A stretch of 64,000 bases of DNA from Methanocellales archaeon (GCA_028715985.1 JAQUQR010000004.1:73223-137222); one strand, 5' to 3'. Positions 1-10,957 are shown, counted from the first letter of the stretch. Notes: a model not told the origin generated them from the letters alone. Translations and numbers: made by a program.

Positions 1-638
1 CGGACAGGATGACCATGTGCAACATGGCGATAGAGATGGGAGCCACTACAGGCATCGTTGAACCAGATGCAAAAACGGAGGCATATGTTAGAGAGCGCAT
101 TCCAGGTTTCACTCTCAAAGAGCCTTTGAGGAGCGATGAGGATGCAGCCTATGAACTCCGGGAGTATGACGTCTCAGATCTGGGACCGCAGGTTGCCTGC
201 CCTCACGGCGTGGATAACGTCAAGAGCGTGAGCGATGTAGAGGGAATCAAGGTAGATCAGGTGTTCATAGGCTCTTGCACAAATGGAAGATTTGAGGATA
301 TGCGGATCGCTGCAAATATCCTGGGAGATCGTTCTATAGCTGAGGGGACCAGGTTGCTCATCATTCCCGCCTCCAGGGAGGAGTATGTCAAGACGCTGAA
401 AGCAGGCTACATCGAGCGATTTATCGATGCAGGCGCGATTGTGGAGGCGCCATGCTGCGGTCCATGCATGGGCGGATTATTTGGGATATTGGGTGATGGG
501 GAGCGTTGCCTCTCAACTTCCAACAGAAATTTTAGAGGCAGGATGGGGAGTGCGAATGCAGAGATATATCTGGGCTCCCCCGCTACCGCCATTGCTTCAG
601 CCATCAAAGGAAGGATTACCGATCCGAGGTCAGTCTAA
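1..638 (+). CDS. Aconitase-family dehydratase large subunit (3-isopropylmalate dehydratase / homoaconitase LeuC/HacA-like), C-terminal fragment; 5' end lies outside the window
   Basis: Frame-3 ORF runs from the window edge to a stop at 638. It carries aconitase-family C-terminal motifs ([32 protein letters not shown]). Confidence 0.75.
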   Translation, partial: DRMTMCNMAIEMGATTGIVEPDAKTEAYVRERIPGFTLKEPLRSDEDAAYELREYDVSDLGPQVACPHGVDNVKSVSDVEGIKVDQVFIGSCTNGRFEDMRIAANILGDRSIAEGTRLLIIPASREEYVKTLKAGYIERFIDAGAIVEAPCCGPCMGGLFGILGDGERCLSTSNRNFRGRMGSANAEIYLGSPATAIASAIKGRITDPRSV

Positions 639-1566
639 ATCTTTTTAGAAAAAAGCGATTTTATCTAGGGCATTAAATTTTGAAGGTATCTAAATCAGTA
701 GGACCTCCATTTGAATACTCTCTGAAATTGCCCCTCTAAAACGTGAGAATTTTAGTGAAAAAGCTAAATTAAGGAAGTGTAAAGGCCTTTAAAGGGCTAA
801 TTTAACTCATATAAAAGTTTTAATTCTTGGAATATCCCCAGCTTGATCTCAATGCGTTTTATTTTTCTTTTTTTGGCAGGGCAAATATGCGATTTGTGAG
901 CTGGCTTGTAAGTCTTATTTAACATTGAATTTGACTTAAAGTTTGATCCTTTCAGGATTCGTTTTAGACTTTATTTAGTATAGTATGAGACATACATATC
1001 TATCCATGATGCTTTTTTATCCATCCCATCTGTTCTTTTGATGCTCTGGAACAATCTTCTTGGAAAGAAAATTGTGAGTGCATTCTCTTGTGATTCCAGT
1101 CTCTCATCATGATTTTTATGTTAAATGGATTGCGCCTCTGAGCACTTATTACTAAAAAATGTCTCTGACAACCATTTGAAGAATTTGTAACTGTATCTGG
1201 CTCCTACCATCTTTCCAATCTAACACGGTTAAAGCCTCGCCTGTTATGTCTTGATAGAGGACTTTTAGGGTTTTTTGGTAAAGCTGGCAGGATTTTATTT
1301 GAAGACGGATATAACGCAACGCCATCCCAGGAAAGGTAAATTAGATACTTATCAATCTCCTTATCAATCGACTCAATCGACTTTTTCGACCAATAGCGAT
1401 ATGTTTATATATAGTACACTCATAAGGGCATCTTGAAGAGTATATTCTCTTTGAGGGGATAGGGAGGTCATTATAGGGTGGCTAAAACTCAATTTTATAT
1501 GTTGGTTCAGGGTACTATTTATGGGTCTATTGATCTAGGACCGAAAATCTAACGTAGGGATTTGCT

Positions 1567-1586
1567 ATCATATTATATAATATGAT
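1567..1586. promoter_or_regulatory. Perfect 20-bp palindrome ATCATATTATATAATATGAT in the AT-rich 1.1-kb leader upstream of the giant surface-protein gene; candidate operator
   Basis: Sequence equals its own reverse complement. It lies about 160 bp upstream of the 1744 ATG. A TATA-like tttatatata at about 1665-1674 follows it. Confidence 0.3.
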
Positions 1587-1743
1587 GAAATAGGGGAATT
1601 AAAAAATATTTGGGAGGAATATGATAGAAGATTTACGCAAGTCAAAGGCTCAAAAGTTGGGTTTAGGAGAAAAATTTATATATAGTAGCAGATTCATTCT
1701 GTATTTAGTTTTAGCTAAACTGAGGTTAAACTAAGAGGGAAAA

Positions 1744-4700
1744 ATGAAGGGGGAAAAAATGAATAGTAGTAAACCTTTTAAAAATAGCGTTGACAGAAAA
1801 AAGATAACCTCGATAATATTAACAGCGATAATGTTGCTTTCGATATTTTCAGGCATCAGCGCTTCTGTAGCTGGGAATAACAACAACCGTGTTGGCAATA
1901 ACGTTGCTAGTCCGATGGAAGATGAAGGCGTGGGTGCAATGGCAGTCGGTAGCCTTGCAGCTAGCTTACATACATCATCTCCTTCTGCAAATATCGCCAA
2001 CTCGAGTGCTAACTTTACTAATGTCTTTTGGATTCGTTTTACCGCATCAGGTGAAAGTTCGAATATAACAAACATTACAATCACAGAGGCAGGAACGATT
2101 CACGGTACGAGTGAAATAATTGGAGTAGGCGTTAACGATACCGGTGGAACTGTGCTTGCTAAAAGCACTTTTTCTGCTGATAATGGAACGGCTACGCTTA
2201 CCATACCGGGTGGCTTCGAAGTGCCGGTTGGCACGCTGAAAGACCTCTACTTGTGGGTCAACACGACCGGATTTCCGCTTGGGCGTACGATAAAGCTGAC
2301 ATTAACGTCGTTCAATGCAACGGGTCTTGCTTCCGGACAAGCTGTTACAACGTCAGGAGTACCGCTTTCATCGAATGAAATAGCAGGTACTGGAAGGTTA
2401 ACGGCGGCAAACGGTCCAAGTGATGTTGCATCCCGCACCGTTAATGCAGGGGCAAACACAACTGGAATCGTGCTGGCGCAACTCAACTTCAGTGCAGAAA
2501 TCGAAGGATGCACGCTGAATACTGTTATGCTTACGGAAAATGGAACTGCAAACGGTACACAAGATTTCTCTGCTATTTATCTGGTGAATGATACCGATTC
2601 GGATGGCGTTTGGGATTCAAATGAGCCAATAGTAGGGACTACTGTGACTACGTTTTCCAAAGATAATGGCAGCGCAACCATAAGTGGAATTAGTAAAGCG
2701 ATACCGCTCAATGGCTGGTTAAATCTGCTGGTTGTGGTAAACACCACGAACCAGTTCTGGTCCGGTAACACTCTCAAGGTTAACATAACCAATGCGACGG
2801 ACTTCACCGCAACTGGTGCTACTTCGGGAGCAGCAACGGGCACATATGGAACCCCCTCATCGAATACAGCGACAGGGCAGGCAATGATTCAGGTGGCGGC
2901 AGGCGCCAAGCAGCCGTATCTCTCTTATGTGCTGGAAGGTCAAAGAGCATTGGTCGAGAGTGCACAGTTGAACTTCACTGCCATTGCAGGTCAGGTGAAC
3001 ATCACGCAAATTACGCTTGAGCAGTCGACGGTAACCAATTGGACCTATGCGGCCGCTGATACATTCCCCAAAGTCTACATAGATGTGGACGAGGATGGCA
3101 ATGTCACTGCTTTGGATACGCCATTAAACCTAACTGCGCTTAACTTTAAGACTAATAATGTGACTTTGGCGAGCTACGACACTACAATATCGGGCAATTT
3201 CTCAGATTATGCTAAACTAGCGAATGGTACGTTCCCGTATATACACATAGTAACTTTGACTAATGACACAATGGTTACAGCTTCATACCCAGAGTGGTGG
3301 TATAACATCAGCATTACCTACGTCAATAGTACTCATGCTACTGGTCAAACCAATACGACTTGGTCCAATATTACAAACGTCACAGTGGTCGATGCTGCAA
3401 ATGATACCTGGTGGCCTCTTGATATAGGCGCTAGTGAAATAGTGAGAGACATTACAGACATATCGTTCGTTACAGCTCACAATGTATCAGCTGTTGACAT
3501 CGACATCGTCGCAGGTTCACAAGTGATAGACGTTGTCTTGGATAGCAATCTAACAATTGGAAGCGTCAGTGAGACCACTGCAGGACAGGCATCGAAAATC
3601 ATCATAATAGCGGTGAATACAACTTCTGCATGGACTTCGGGCAACTATACGAAAGCATTACCCAATACGATTACAAAATACGGCAACTTCAGTAATTACG
3701 TTGCCTATGATGACACAACCGGGCAGATGACGAGGATATACCAGAACAATGACCCACTAAATACATCCATGAAGCAACTTAGTGCAGCAGTCGTTGGTGC
3801 AGTGTCCAATCCAGAGTTTAAGGTTCAGCTGGGAGCGAACACACCTACTTCCAATGTTGGCAAGAGCACCAATCTGGCTCCTGTGATGCAGTTGAGCTTC
3901 TCATATGGCGGCGTTGTAGGGGCTGATTTGGACTCAAAAGTATACCTGAGGGAATTAATCATTTCAACCAACGGCACGATCAACGAATCAAACAACGTCA
4001 CAGCATGTCTCGTTGTTGACACCAATGGCGATGGGGCAGTGAGTGCCGGTGAAACGATAGTAGCCAGTGTACTTTACTCAACCAATAATCAAACAATCAA
4101 GTTCACGCTCGCCACTCCGATCGAGATAATGCTCAACAATAAAGGCAATATGACATCAGAAGCTCTCATAGCCTACAAGCATTTGCTGATAGCATTCAAC
4201 ACATCTTCGAACATAGTTCTCGGTGAGACGATCAGACTCTACATGGACAACTCGTCCGTAGATTACATCGCCGATACAGGAACCAGCATGGTTGTAAACC
4301 AGACAAGTGCACAACTAATTGGGAACGCGCTAACAGCAGCAGGCTCAATAACAGCAACAAACACAAATGCGGTCACTGCTGGAACGGTTTCATCCGTGGT
4401 TGACGAGACCTACGTAGAACTAATACAGTTGAAGTTTACGGCAAGCAGCACTGAGGCTGTGAACATCACGAGCATAAATGTAACGTGGAACGGCACTGGC
4501 AATGGTTACGAGAAGACAAGCGGAATAGGGGTAATCAACGATACAGATATGGACGGTGTATGGGACATAACAGATACGGAACCGATGTTGAATAAAACGA
4601 CAATTGGAACTAATAACTTAGCATTCCTTAACGTGTCCTATGACAACCACAACATCACCGTTCCAGCAGGCGGGTCTGCCTATGTCTTGATATACGTGAA

Positions 4701-7359
4701 CACGACTGCTACTAGCATAAACACAAGTGATAAGATCGCATTGAACATAACGGCAGCGCCATACCTCAATTATAGCGCTGAGGGGAACGCCTCTAAGGTG
4801 ATCATCGCAGACCTCCAGACGACAACAATCTCTTCGGCAACGATGACTGCGGCTTGGACAGGAAGCATTAGCGCTGCAGGATACAACCTGACCGACAAGA
4901 CATGGGTCGAGGGTGCTCAGACGAACTTCCCAGTGTTGGCATTGAACTTCACAGCAACCAATGAAACGGCAAATATCACTTCGATGGTCCTAAGTGCATC
5001 TGGAACCGCCAATGAATCTGGCAATGTAACGCTAAAGCTGGTAGAGGATGTTGCACCGTTTGGCTCTTACGAGAGCGAGACGATATTAGCTACTGCAACT
5101 TTCACGGCTGACAATGGGGCGGTAACATTAACGCCGTCATCCCAGATTCAGGTGGTCGGTGGAAGCTACACGAAGGTACTTGTGGTCGCAGACATCACCG
5201 CAAAGGTTGAGGCAGGTACAAGCCTGGTGACTTCTTTGCTGGACCCATCTGTGCATTACAATGCGGTAGGTTACTACTCCGGAGCGAGAATCCAGGATGC
5301 AAGCACAACGGCGGTTTCAAACACGACATGGTCAACAGGAAACATTACGGTCCTCGTTGGAGCGAACAATACCATCACTGGACCGGTGGACGCACTGAAT
5401 AACACCTATGTTGAAGTAATGCAGTTGAACTTCTCGGCAACGTTCGGGATGGAAAACGTGAACATCACGGGAATCAACCTGACCGCAATGGGTACGGATC
5501 CATACAACGACACATGGGGAGTTGGACTCATCAACGATACAAATGCCAATGGTCTGATTGATGCCGGTGAAGCAGTAATTGGAAATGGCACATTCGATGT
5601 AAACGGCACGGCAGTAATCAATTTCGACTTTGTAGAGTATTGGAATCTGACGGTCAATGGCTCGGCTGTGCAAGAATGGGCAAATCAAACGTTCAACAAC
5701 ACGATCGTTTACGTGAATACGAGCAGCAACTTCAATGCCAGCGACTGGCTGCAGTTGAGACTGGAGAGCTACAACGCGACGGGCGTTACTTCCGGTCAAT
5801 CGTTAACCGCTTTCGGTACGACGATAACGTCCAACAAGCTCACCGGAACAGGGAACGTGACCGCTATGGATGGAGCCAGTGATGTGCTTAATGAAACAGT
5901 TATAAAGTCTGGTGTGAACACCAGCGTAGTGGTCTGGCAACTAAAACTCACGGCAGGAGCGGCTGAGAACATCACCATAACCAGCATAGACATATCAGAA
6001 AACGGAACCGCCAATGCGGCAACAGATATTGCAAGCATCTACCTGGTGAACGATACAAATGCGAATGGACTATGGAACACGACAGCAGGTGACAGCGGTA
6101 TCATTTCGAACGCAGGAACATTCACCGCCGATGATGGTACAGTAACGCTGACGCTGACTGCAAACAACACGGTACTTGCAGGGAATTCTGTTAATTACCT
6201 GCTGGTTGTGAACACAGCATCCACGTTCTACGAGGGAGAAACACTGTCGTTCTTCATTAACAGGTCAGCTCCAAACGGAGAGCCAACAAGAGTACAGGGA
6301 ATGATTGCAACCGGTGCAACTTCGGAAACAACCGTTTACAACAACTTCACATTCAGTCCAGCTTCGAACAAAACAATTGGGTCTGCCTGCATTGACGTCT
6401 ACGACACGACACAGACAACAGTAGCAATATATAACCAAACTGCCACCAACAAAGAGGTTCTCAGGGTGAACTTCAGTGCACCACAGGGAGCAGTGAACAT
6501 AACGAACATAACGCTGAGGGAGAACGGATCTGCACTGGTAGCACCTGGCGGAGGCATTCAGAATGTCAGTGTTTGGTACAATGGCGTGTGTTACAATAGC
6601 ACCTTGGCCAGTTTGTGGTCAGAGAACGGAACACTCCGCATAGAGACGGTGGGCATGGTCGTTAATGGCACGACCAACGAGGTTACGATAAAAGTGAACA
6701 CGACATCCGCTCTTGCAACTGGCCAGACAATAAACTTCGAACTCAACAGGACGTTAGGCAACGGATACAACGCATCGGGCAATGTTTCATTGAATATTAC
6801 CTCCAGTCAGACAGGCAACATAAGCAACCTGATTACGGTGCAGGGTGCACCATCAGGCGAGATATCCTTGAAGGCAGGTTGGAACTTCATTTCCGTGCCG
6901 AAGAAGCAGGATACCACCAAGGATACCTTTGGAGAGTTACTCGCTGGATGGACGACATGGACTGCATATTCATACAATGCAGCTACGAGTAGTTGGACAT
7001 CGTTGACTGCGAGCAGTTCAATCAATGACGATGTGTTAGCCGGTTACTGGGTCTACGTTGATACTGCGGGAACAGTCTATCTGTCTTACAAAGACGCAAG
7101 TTATTTACCACCACCAAGCAAAGCGCTTACAGGCAATGCATGGAATGCGATAGGCTTCTCGAACACTACTGCTCAGACTGCTGAGAATACATTGAAATCA
7201 GTGGATGGTTCGTGGAGCACAGTGATTGGATGGGATGCAACAAGCCAGAGCTATCAGGATGCAATCATCGAGGGTGACTTGACATCAACCATGAATCCCT
7301 TCCAGGGTTACTGGGTATGGATGACACAGGACGACACACTATCCGCAATAAGTGCCTAG
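1744..7359 (+). CDS. Giant (1871 aa) secreted, heavily N-glycosylation-sequon-rich cell-surface protein (S-layer/adhesin-like) with at least 6 internal ~150-aa repeats carrying DxDxDG Ca-binding-like loops and a divergent 2-copy C-terminal module
   Basis: It is a long uninterrupted ORF. The N-terminal hydrophobic segment (ITSIILTAIMLLSIFSGISASVAG) is a signal-peptide candidate. N-x-S/T sequons are very frequent. A repeated motif QLxF...NITxIxLxENGT...IYLVNDTDxDGxWD recurs. An alternative start is ATG 1759 (MNSS), which is preceded by GGGGG. Confidence 0.8.
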   Translation: MKGEKMNSSKPFKNSVDRKKITSIILTAIMLLSIFSGISASVAGNNNNRVGNNVASPMEDEGVGAMAVGSLAASLHTSSPSANIANSSANFTNVFWIRFTASGESSNITNITITEAGTIHGTSEIIGVGVNDTGGTVLAKSTFSADNGTATLTIPGGFEVPVGTLKDLYLWVNTTGFPLGRTIKLTLTSFNATGLASGQAVTTSGVPLSSNEIAGTGRLTAANGPSDVASRTVNAGANTTGIVLAQLNFSAEIEGCTLNTVMLTENGTANGTQDFSAIYLVNDTDSDGVWDSNEPIVGTTVTTFSKDNGSATISGISKAIPLNGWLNLLVVVNTTNQFWSGNTLKVNITNATDFTATGATSGAATGTYGTPSSNTATGQAMIQVAAGAKQPYLSYVLEGQRALVESAQLNFTAIAGQVNITQITLEQSTVTNWTYAAADTFPKVYIDVDEDGNVTALDTPLNLTALNFKTNNVTLASYDTTISGNFSDYAKLANGTFPYIHIVTLTNDTMVTASYPEWWYNISITYVNSTHATGQTNTTWSNITNVTVVDAANDTWWPLDIGASEIVRDITDISFVTAHNVSAVDIDIVAGSQVIDVVLDSNLTIGSVSETTAGQASKIIIIAVNTTSAWTSGNYTKALPNTITKYGNFSNYVAYDDTTGQMTRIYQNNDPLNTSMKQLSAAVVGAVSNPEFKVQLGANTPTSNVGKSTNLAPVMQLSFSYGGVVGADLDSKVYLRELIISTNGTINESNNVTACLVVDTNGDGAVSAGETIVASVLYSTNNQTIKFTLATPIEIMLNNKGNMTSEALIAYKHLLIAFNTSSNIVLGETIRLYMDNSSVDYIADTGTSMVVNQTSAQLIGNALTAAGSITATNTNAVTAGTVSSVVDETYVELIQLKFTASSTEAVNITSINVTWNGTGNGYEKTSGIGVINDTDMDGVWDITDTEPMLNKTTIGTNNLAFLNVSYDNHNITVPAGGSAYVLIYVNTTATSINTSDKIALNITAAPYLNYSAEGNASKVIIADLQTTTISSATMTAAWTGSISAAGYNLTDKTWVEGAQTNFPVLALNFTATNETANITSMVLSASGTANESGNVTLKLVEDVAPFGSYESETILATATFTADNGAVTLTPSSQIQVVGGSYTKVLVVADITAKVEAGTSLVTSLLDPSVHYNAVGYYSGARIQDASTTAVSNTTWSTGNITVLVGANNTITGPVDALNNTYVEVMQLNFSATFGMENVNITGINLTAMGTDPYNDTWGVGLINDTNANGLIDAGEAVIGNGTFDVNGTAVINFDFVEYWNLTVNGSAVQEWANQTFNNTIVYVNTSSNFNASDWLQLRLESYNATGVTSGQSLTAFGTTITSNKLTGTGNVTAMDGASDVLNETVIKSGVNTSVVVWQLKLTAGAAENITITSIDISENGTANAATDIASIYLVNDTNANGLWNTTAGDSGIISNAGTFTADDGTVTLTLTANNTVLAGNSVNYLLVVNTASTFYEGETLSFFINRSAPNGEPTRVQGMIATGATSETTVYNNFTFSPASNKTIGSACIDVYDTTQTTVAIYNQTATNKEVLRVNFSAPQGAVNITNITLRENGSALVAPGGGIQNVSVWYNGVCYNSTLASLWSENGTLRIETVGMVVNGTTNEVTIKVNTTSALATGQTINFELNRTLGNGYNASGNVSLNITSSQTGNISNLITVQGAPSGEISLKAGWNFISVPKKQDTTKDTFGELLAGWTTWTAYSYNAATSSWTSLTASSSINDDVLAGYWVYVDTAGTVYLSYKDASYLPPPSKALTGNAWNAIGFSNTTAQTAENTLKSVDGSWSTVIGWDATSQSYQDAIIEGDLTSTMNPFQGYWVWMTQDDTLSAISA

Positions 7360-7391
7360 TCAAAGCGCAACACAACAACAAAAAACAAAGA

Positions 7392-7440
7392 TAGGGAGAA
7401 TCAATCTCCCTAACATCTTTTTTTATTTTTATTTTCTTTT
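7392..7440 (+). terminator. Hairpin (AGGGAGA-ATCAA-TCTCCCT) followed by a long T-tract; candidate terminator of the giant gene
   Basis: A 7-bp inverted repeat is directly followed by tttttttatttttattttctttt. Archaeal terminators are oligo-T tracts. Confidence 0.45.
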
Positions 7441-7554
7441 AATTTCATTTTTTCATTGTTGATAAATACCAGTAGTTGATGGGAATGGCAAGAAAAACAA
7501 AAATTTATATTGTATATGGTAGTAAGTAAAGCGGAAAATACAATAAAATAAAAG

Positions 7555-8367
7555 ATGGATGTGAGGATGAAGGGCTATAATAAAAAACAGCTGTTGTATG
7601 CTATCTTGATCGTCTCTTTTTTGATGCTATTTTCGACTGTCGTGGTAGAAGCACAAGCACCAGTATTACCCTGTAGTTTTTATGGCAACGTTACCATCGA
7701 TGGGAAGCCTGCGCCCATAGGGACCGAGATCACAGCGAAAATGGATAATAAAACCTGTGGAAATATGACTGTAAGAGAAGAAGGTAAATATGGGGAATCA
7801 GCTGGGGAAAAATTAAGTGTGACCGGAAATATAGCGGACGAAAACAAGATAATTTCGTTCTACGTGGACGGAGATGAGGCGGAGGAAAAAGCTACATGGC
7901 AAATTGGAGGAGTTAACCGTCTGGATCTTAGCGTTAAGAAATCGAACATACAGACCCCTTCAAGTCCACCCTCTAGTGGTAGCGGGGGGATAAGTCCAAC
8001 CACGCCTGCACCAACGCCATCGTCCACTCTGGTTCCTGCGCCAACTCCAACCCCTACACCAACTTCTACTCCAACACCAACGCCTACCCCAACACCAGCA
8101 CCAACACCAGCACCAACTTCAACACCCCTACCAACACCAGCTCCTACACCAACATCAACTCCCACTCAAATGCCAACAACTACACCGACTCCCGCTCCTG
8201 TTTCTACTCCAAGACTATCGCTCATATCTGAGAGACCATCCTCTGAGAAGCCATCGAATGCCTTTGACTTAAATTCAGAGAAAATTATGCTAGTCTTTGG
8301 TATAATTTTGGTTGTATCAGCTTTGGTTGCATTAATGTTATATCGACGCAAAGGCGAGAAACTTTAG
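7555..8367 (+). CDS. Secreted surface protein with an N-terminal FYGxVTxxGxPAP beta-sandwich-like domain (family A), a Pro/Thr-rich linker and a C-terminal TM anchor with a basic tail (no PGF motif)
   Basis: Signal peptide [23 protein letters not shown]. The domain is shared with the 8464 gene. The linker is PTPTPTPT(S)[12 protein letters not shown]. The C-terminus is [27 protein letters not shown]. The start may be at M5 (7567). Confidence 0.7.
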   Translation: MDVRMKGYNKKQLLYAILIVSFLMLFSTVVVEAQAPVLPCSFYGNVTIDGKPAPIGTEITAKMDNKTCGNMTVREEGKYGESAGEKLSVTGNIADENKIISFYVDGDEAEEKATWQIGGVNRLDLSVKKSNIQTPSSPPSSGSGGISPTTPAPTPSSTLVPAPTPTPTPTSTPTPTPTPTPAPTPAPTSTPLPTPAPTPTSTPTQMPTTTPTPAPVSTPRLSLISERPSSEKPSNAFDLNSEKIMLVFGIILVVSALVALMLYRRKGEKL

Positions 8368-8463
8368 AGATACGAACTGCATTTGTCTATTAAACCAAAA
8401 AGCTTTATTATATAGTAAGAAGTTTAATAAATAGTAAAGTCCAATACCTGAAGGGGCGTAAAG

Positions 8464-10842
8464 ATGAGGCAAATAAGGGGAGATTTAATAAGAAAGTCGA
8501 CTTCGATCGGCGTCATTGGAATGCTTATACTTTCGATGTTAACTATGATGGCAGTGCCATCAGTATCGGGAGTTGACGTCTTTCTACCTGCTAGTTTTTA
8601 TGGAGACGTAACTGTGAATGGGGAACCCGCACCCGTTAATACAGTGGTTACAGGAAGAATAGTTGATGCCGTAGGATCACCTGGTCAGGGTAACATAACG
8701 GTAACCGAAGCAGGCAAATATGGCGTGGCTGCTGGTGAGAAATTAGGTGTTTCAACTGATAACGAAAATGATAACGAAAAAACGATAGAATTCTACATAA
8801 AACTTCCTTCCGGGTCGGAAGGCAAAGCGGATCAAACCGCGACTTTTTCCATTGGTGGTATTACCAAATTGAATTTAACCGCTACGGTGGTAATAGGGAC
8901 GCCACCAACCATAACATCCTATTCACCTACCGATACCACACCGAATGATTACGAGGCTGCGACAAGAACGTTCTCGGTCACCGTTGATCAGCCGACAACA
9001 GTGGCATGGAGTATAAATGGAACCGTGGTCGAAACAGATGCAGGCGTACCTGCTTCTACAGCCGCCAGTTATACGAATGGGAGTGCTGTCGAAGGTTATT
9101 GGTCAGTTTCTGCGGTTGCAACGAACGTTACCTCAGGGTTGTCTGATACACAGACTTGGGAGTGGATGGTGGAGGACATAACGCCACCGGCAAAGGTAAC
9201 TGGATTGACAAGTGACACACCCACTCTTACCACCGTTAACCTTACGTGGGATGCAAGTACAGCCTCAGACTTTTTAAAATATAGCGTGTACAAGAATGGG
9301 GCACTATTGGACAATACCACAAATACATATTATAATGTAACTGGTTTGGAGGCCAGCACAACTTACTACTTTAACGTTTCCGCATGGGATGATAGCGACA
9401 ATGAAGGAGAATTGAGCGCTGGTGTTACCATAACGACGGCTTCCTACCCTGCACCAATTATTGTGGGTTATAACAACGTAACAGGCAGTTCACTCAGTAT
9501 AACGGTTAACGAAATGGAAGCAATACGGTTCAATGCAACTGCCGATCAAGCTATTACCACTTGGAATTGGTTCAGGGATGGGGTAAATCAGATTTGGAAT
9601 TACGATAGCTTTGAAACGTGCTGGAGCGTTAACGGAACCTACAGCGTTGCCGTGAATGCTACCAATGCAAATGGCACATCGAACACGGTTACATGGACGA
9701 TCGTGGTGAATGACATAACTTCGCCAGCGATGGTGACGGGATTAACGAATGGCACGCCAAGTTCCACTGGGGTTGATTTGTGGTGGACAGCAAACACAGA
9801 AGCGGACCTCGTCGGATACAGGGTATATCAGGACGGTTTGTTACTTGTAACCACTGCTAACGCCTACTACAGCGTAACCGGATTATCGCCAGCCACGACA
9901 TATACATTCAACGTTTCGGCATATGATGACAATGCTTTGGAAGGCGAGAACGCAACCATAAGTGTGACCACATCGCTCTATTCGGCACCAACGATCACTT
10001 CCTACACCATATCTAATCGCACCATTGCACCGCCGCAGACCACTGATATAGATGTGGCATTTTCGGAAGTGGTGGAAGCCTGGATACAAATCGAGGATTC
10101 AAACCACAACCTTGTGAAGGAATTGTATCACAGCTCCAGCGTAACCAATCCGACCGCTAAGACTTGGGATGGGACCTACACGAATGCAACCGTTGTTCCA
10201 GATGGCACCTATTACGTAAACGTTACGGGAATAAACGCAACAACTGGCTTGAGCGTGGTTGACAATACGCAGAGTATCGTGGTGGCATCTGAGGTAACCA
10301 TTCAGTACAACCTCGTCAAGAATCCCGGAAGCACGGGCAAGAACTGGATCAGCATACCGCTCACCACAAACATCACAACCGCATCCCAACTGATGTCTGT
10401 AATAGGGTCCAACTGCGATGCAGTCAACCGATGGAATCCTGTTACCCAGAAACCAGAAGGCTGGATCTCACTGATGGGCGGCATGGGCACTAACTTTGCA
10501 ATAGTGCCTGGCGAAGGCTACGAGGTATCGGTTACTGCGAATACGACCTTCAGCGTGACAGGTGCACCTGCAACCATCAGCCAGATTGACCTCGTCAAGA
10601 AACCCGGAAGCACGGGCAAGAACTGGATCGGTTTGCCCTACGACACCACGCTTACGTCTGCATCTACGGTGATGAGTTCAATAGGATCCAACTGCGATGC
10701 AGTCAACCGATGGAACCCTGTTACTCAGAAACCAGAAGGCTGGATCTCACTGATGGGCGGCATGGGCACTAACTTTGCCATCGTAACGGGCAGGGGATAC
10801 GAGGTATCGGTCACAGGCAATGTGACCTGGACACCTGTTTGA
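8464..10842 (+). CDS. Secreted modular surface protein (792 aa): family-A N-terminal domain, PKD-like domains, two fibronectin-III-like domains, an Ig-like domain and two tandem copies of the conserved KNWIS...GYEVSV C-terminal module
   Basis: Signal peptide IGVIGMLILSMLTMMAVPSVSG. FN3-like motifs (VNLTWDAS...YKNG...TxYxFNVSAWDD) occur twice. The C-terminal module copies lie at about 10300-10563 and 10585-10839. Confidence 0.8.
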   Translation: MRQIRGDLIRKSTSIGVIGMLILSMLTMMAVPSVSGVDVFLPASFYGDVTVNGEPAPVNTVVTGRIVDAVGSPGQGNITVTEAGKYGVAAGEKLGVSTDNENDNEKTIEFYIKLPSGSEGKADQTATFSIGGITKLNLTATVVIGTPPTITSYSPTDTTPNDYEAATRTFSVTVDQPTTVAWSINGTVVETDAGVPASTAASYTNGSAVEGYWSVSAVATNVTSGLSDTQTWEWMVEDITPPAKVTGLTSDTPTLTTVNLTWDASTASDFLKYSVYKNGALLDNTTNTYYNVTGLEASTTYYFNVSAWDDSDNEGELSAGVTITTASYPAPIIVGYNNVTGSSLSITVNEMEAIRFNATADQAITTWNWFRDGVNQIWNYDSFETCWSVNGTYSVAVNATNANGTSNTVTWTIVVNDITSPAMVTGLTNGTPSSTGVDLWWTANTEADLVGYRVYQDGLLLVTTANAYYSVTGLSPATTYTFNVSAYDDNALEGENATISVTTSLYSAPTITSYTISNRTIAPPQTTDIDVAFSEVVEAWIQIEDSNHNLVKELYHSSSVTNPTAKTWDGTYTNATVVPDGTYYVNVTGINATTGLSVVDNTQSIVVASEVTIQYNLVKNPGSTGKNWISIPLTTNITTASQLMSVIGSNCDAVNRWNPVTQKPEGWISLMGGMGTNFAIVPGEGYEVSVTANTTFSVTGAPATISQIDLVKKPGSTGKNWIGLPYDTTLTSASTVMSSIGSNCDAVNRWNPVTQKPEGWISLMGGMGTNFAIVTGRGYEVSVTGNVTWTPV

Positions 10843-10845
10843 ATT

Positions 10846-10890
10846 GAATGCACTGATGGTGCATTCATTCCTCCCTTTTTATTTTCATTT
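10846..10890 (+). terminator. Hairpin GAATGCAC-TGATG-GTGCATTC followed by a T-rich tract; candidate terminator
   Basis: An 8-bp inverted repeat lies immediately after the stop at 10842. It is followed by attcctccctttttattttcattt. Confidence 0.45.
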
Positions 10891-10957
10891 ACGGGCTGGC
10901 ACATCGGATAAAATAAAGTAGGGAAGGCATAATCACAAAATGGTGAGGTGAGAGGAA

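Noticed and set aside
1744-7359. Dockerin domain call for the DxDxDG loops
   Set aside because: The loops are isolated, one per ~150-aa repeat. They are not the paired 22-residue duplicated segments of a canonical dockerin, so they are treated only as Ca-loop-like motifs.
10302-10490. Minus-strand ORFs (10302..10490, 13066..13305, 14163..14357) all beginning MPMPPISEIQPSGFWVTGFHR
   Set aside because: They are the antisense reading of the repeated C-terminal module. They recur only because the sense sequence is duplicated, and they show no independent coding signal.
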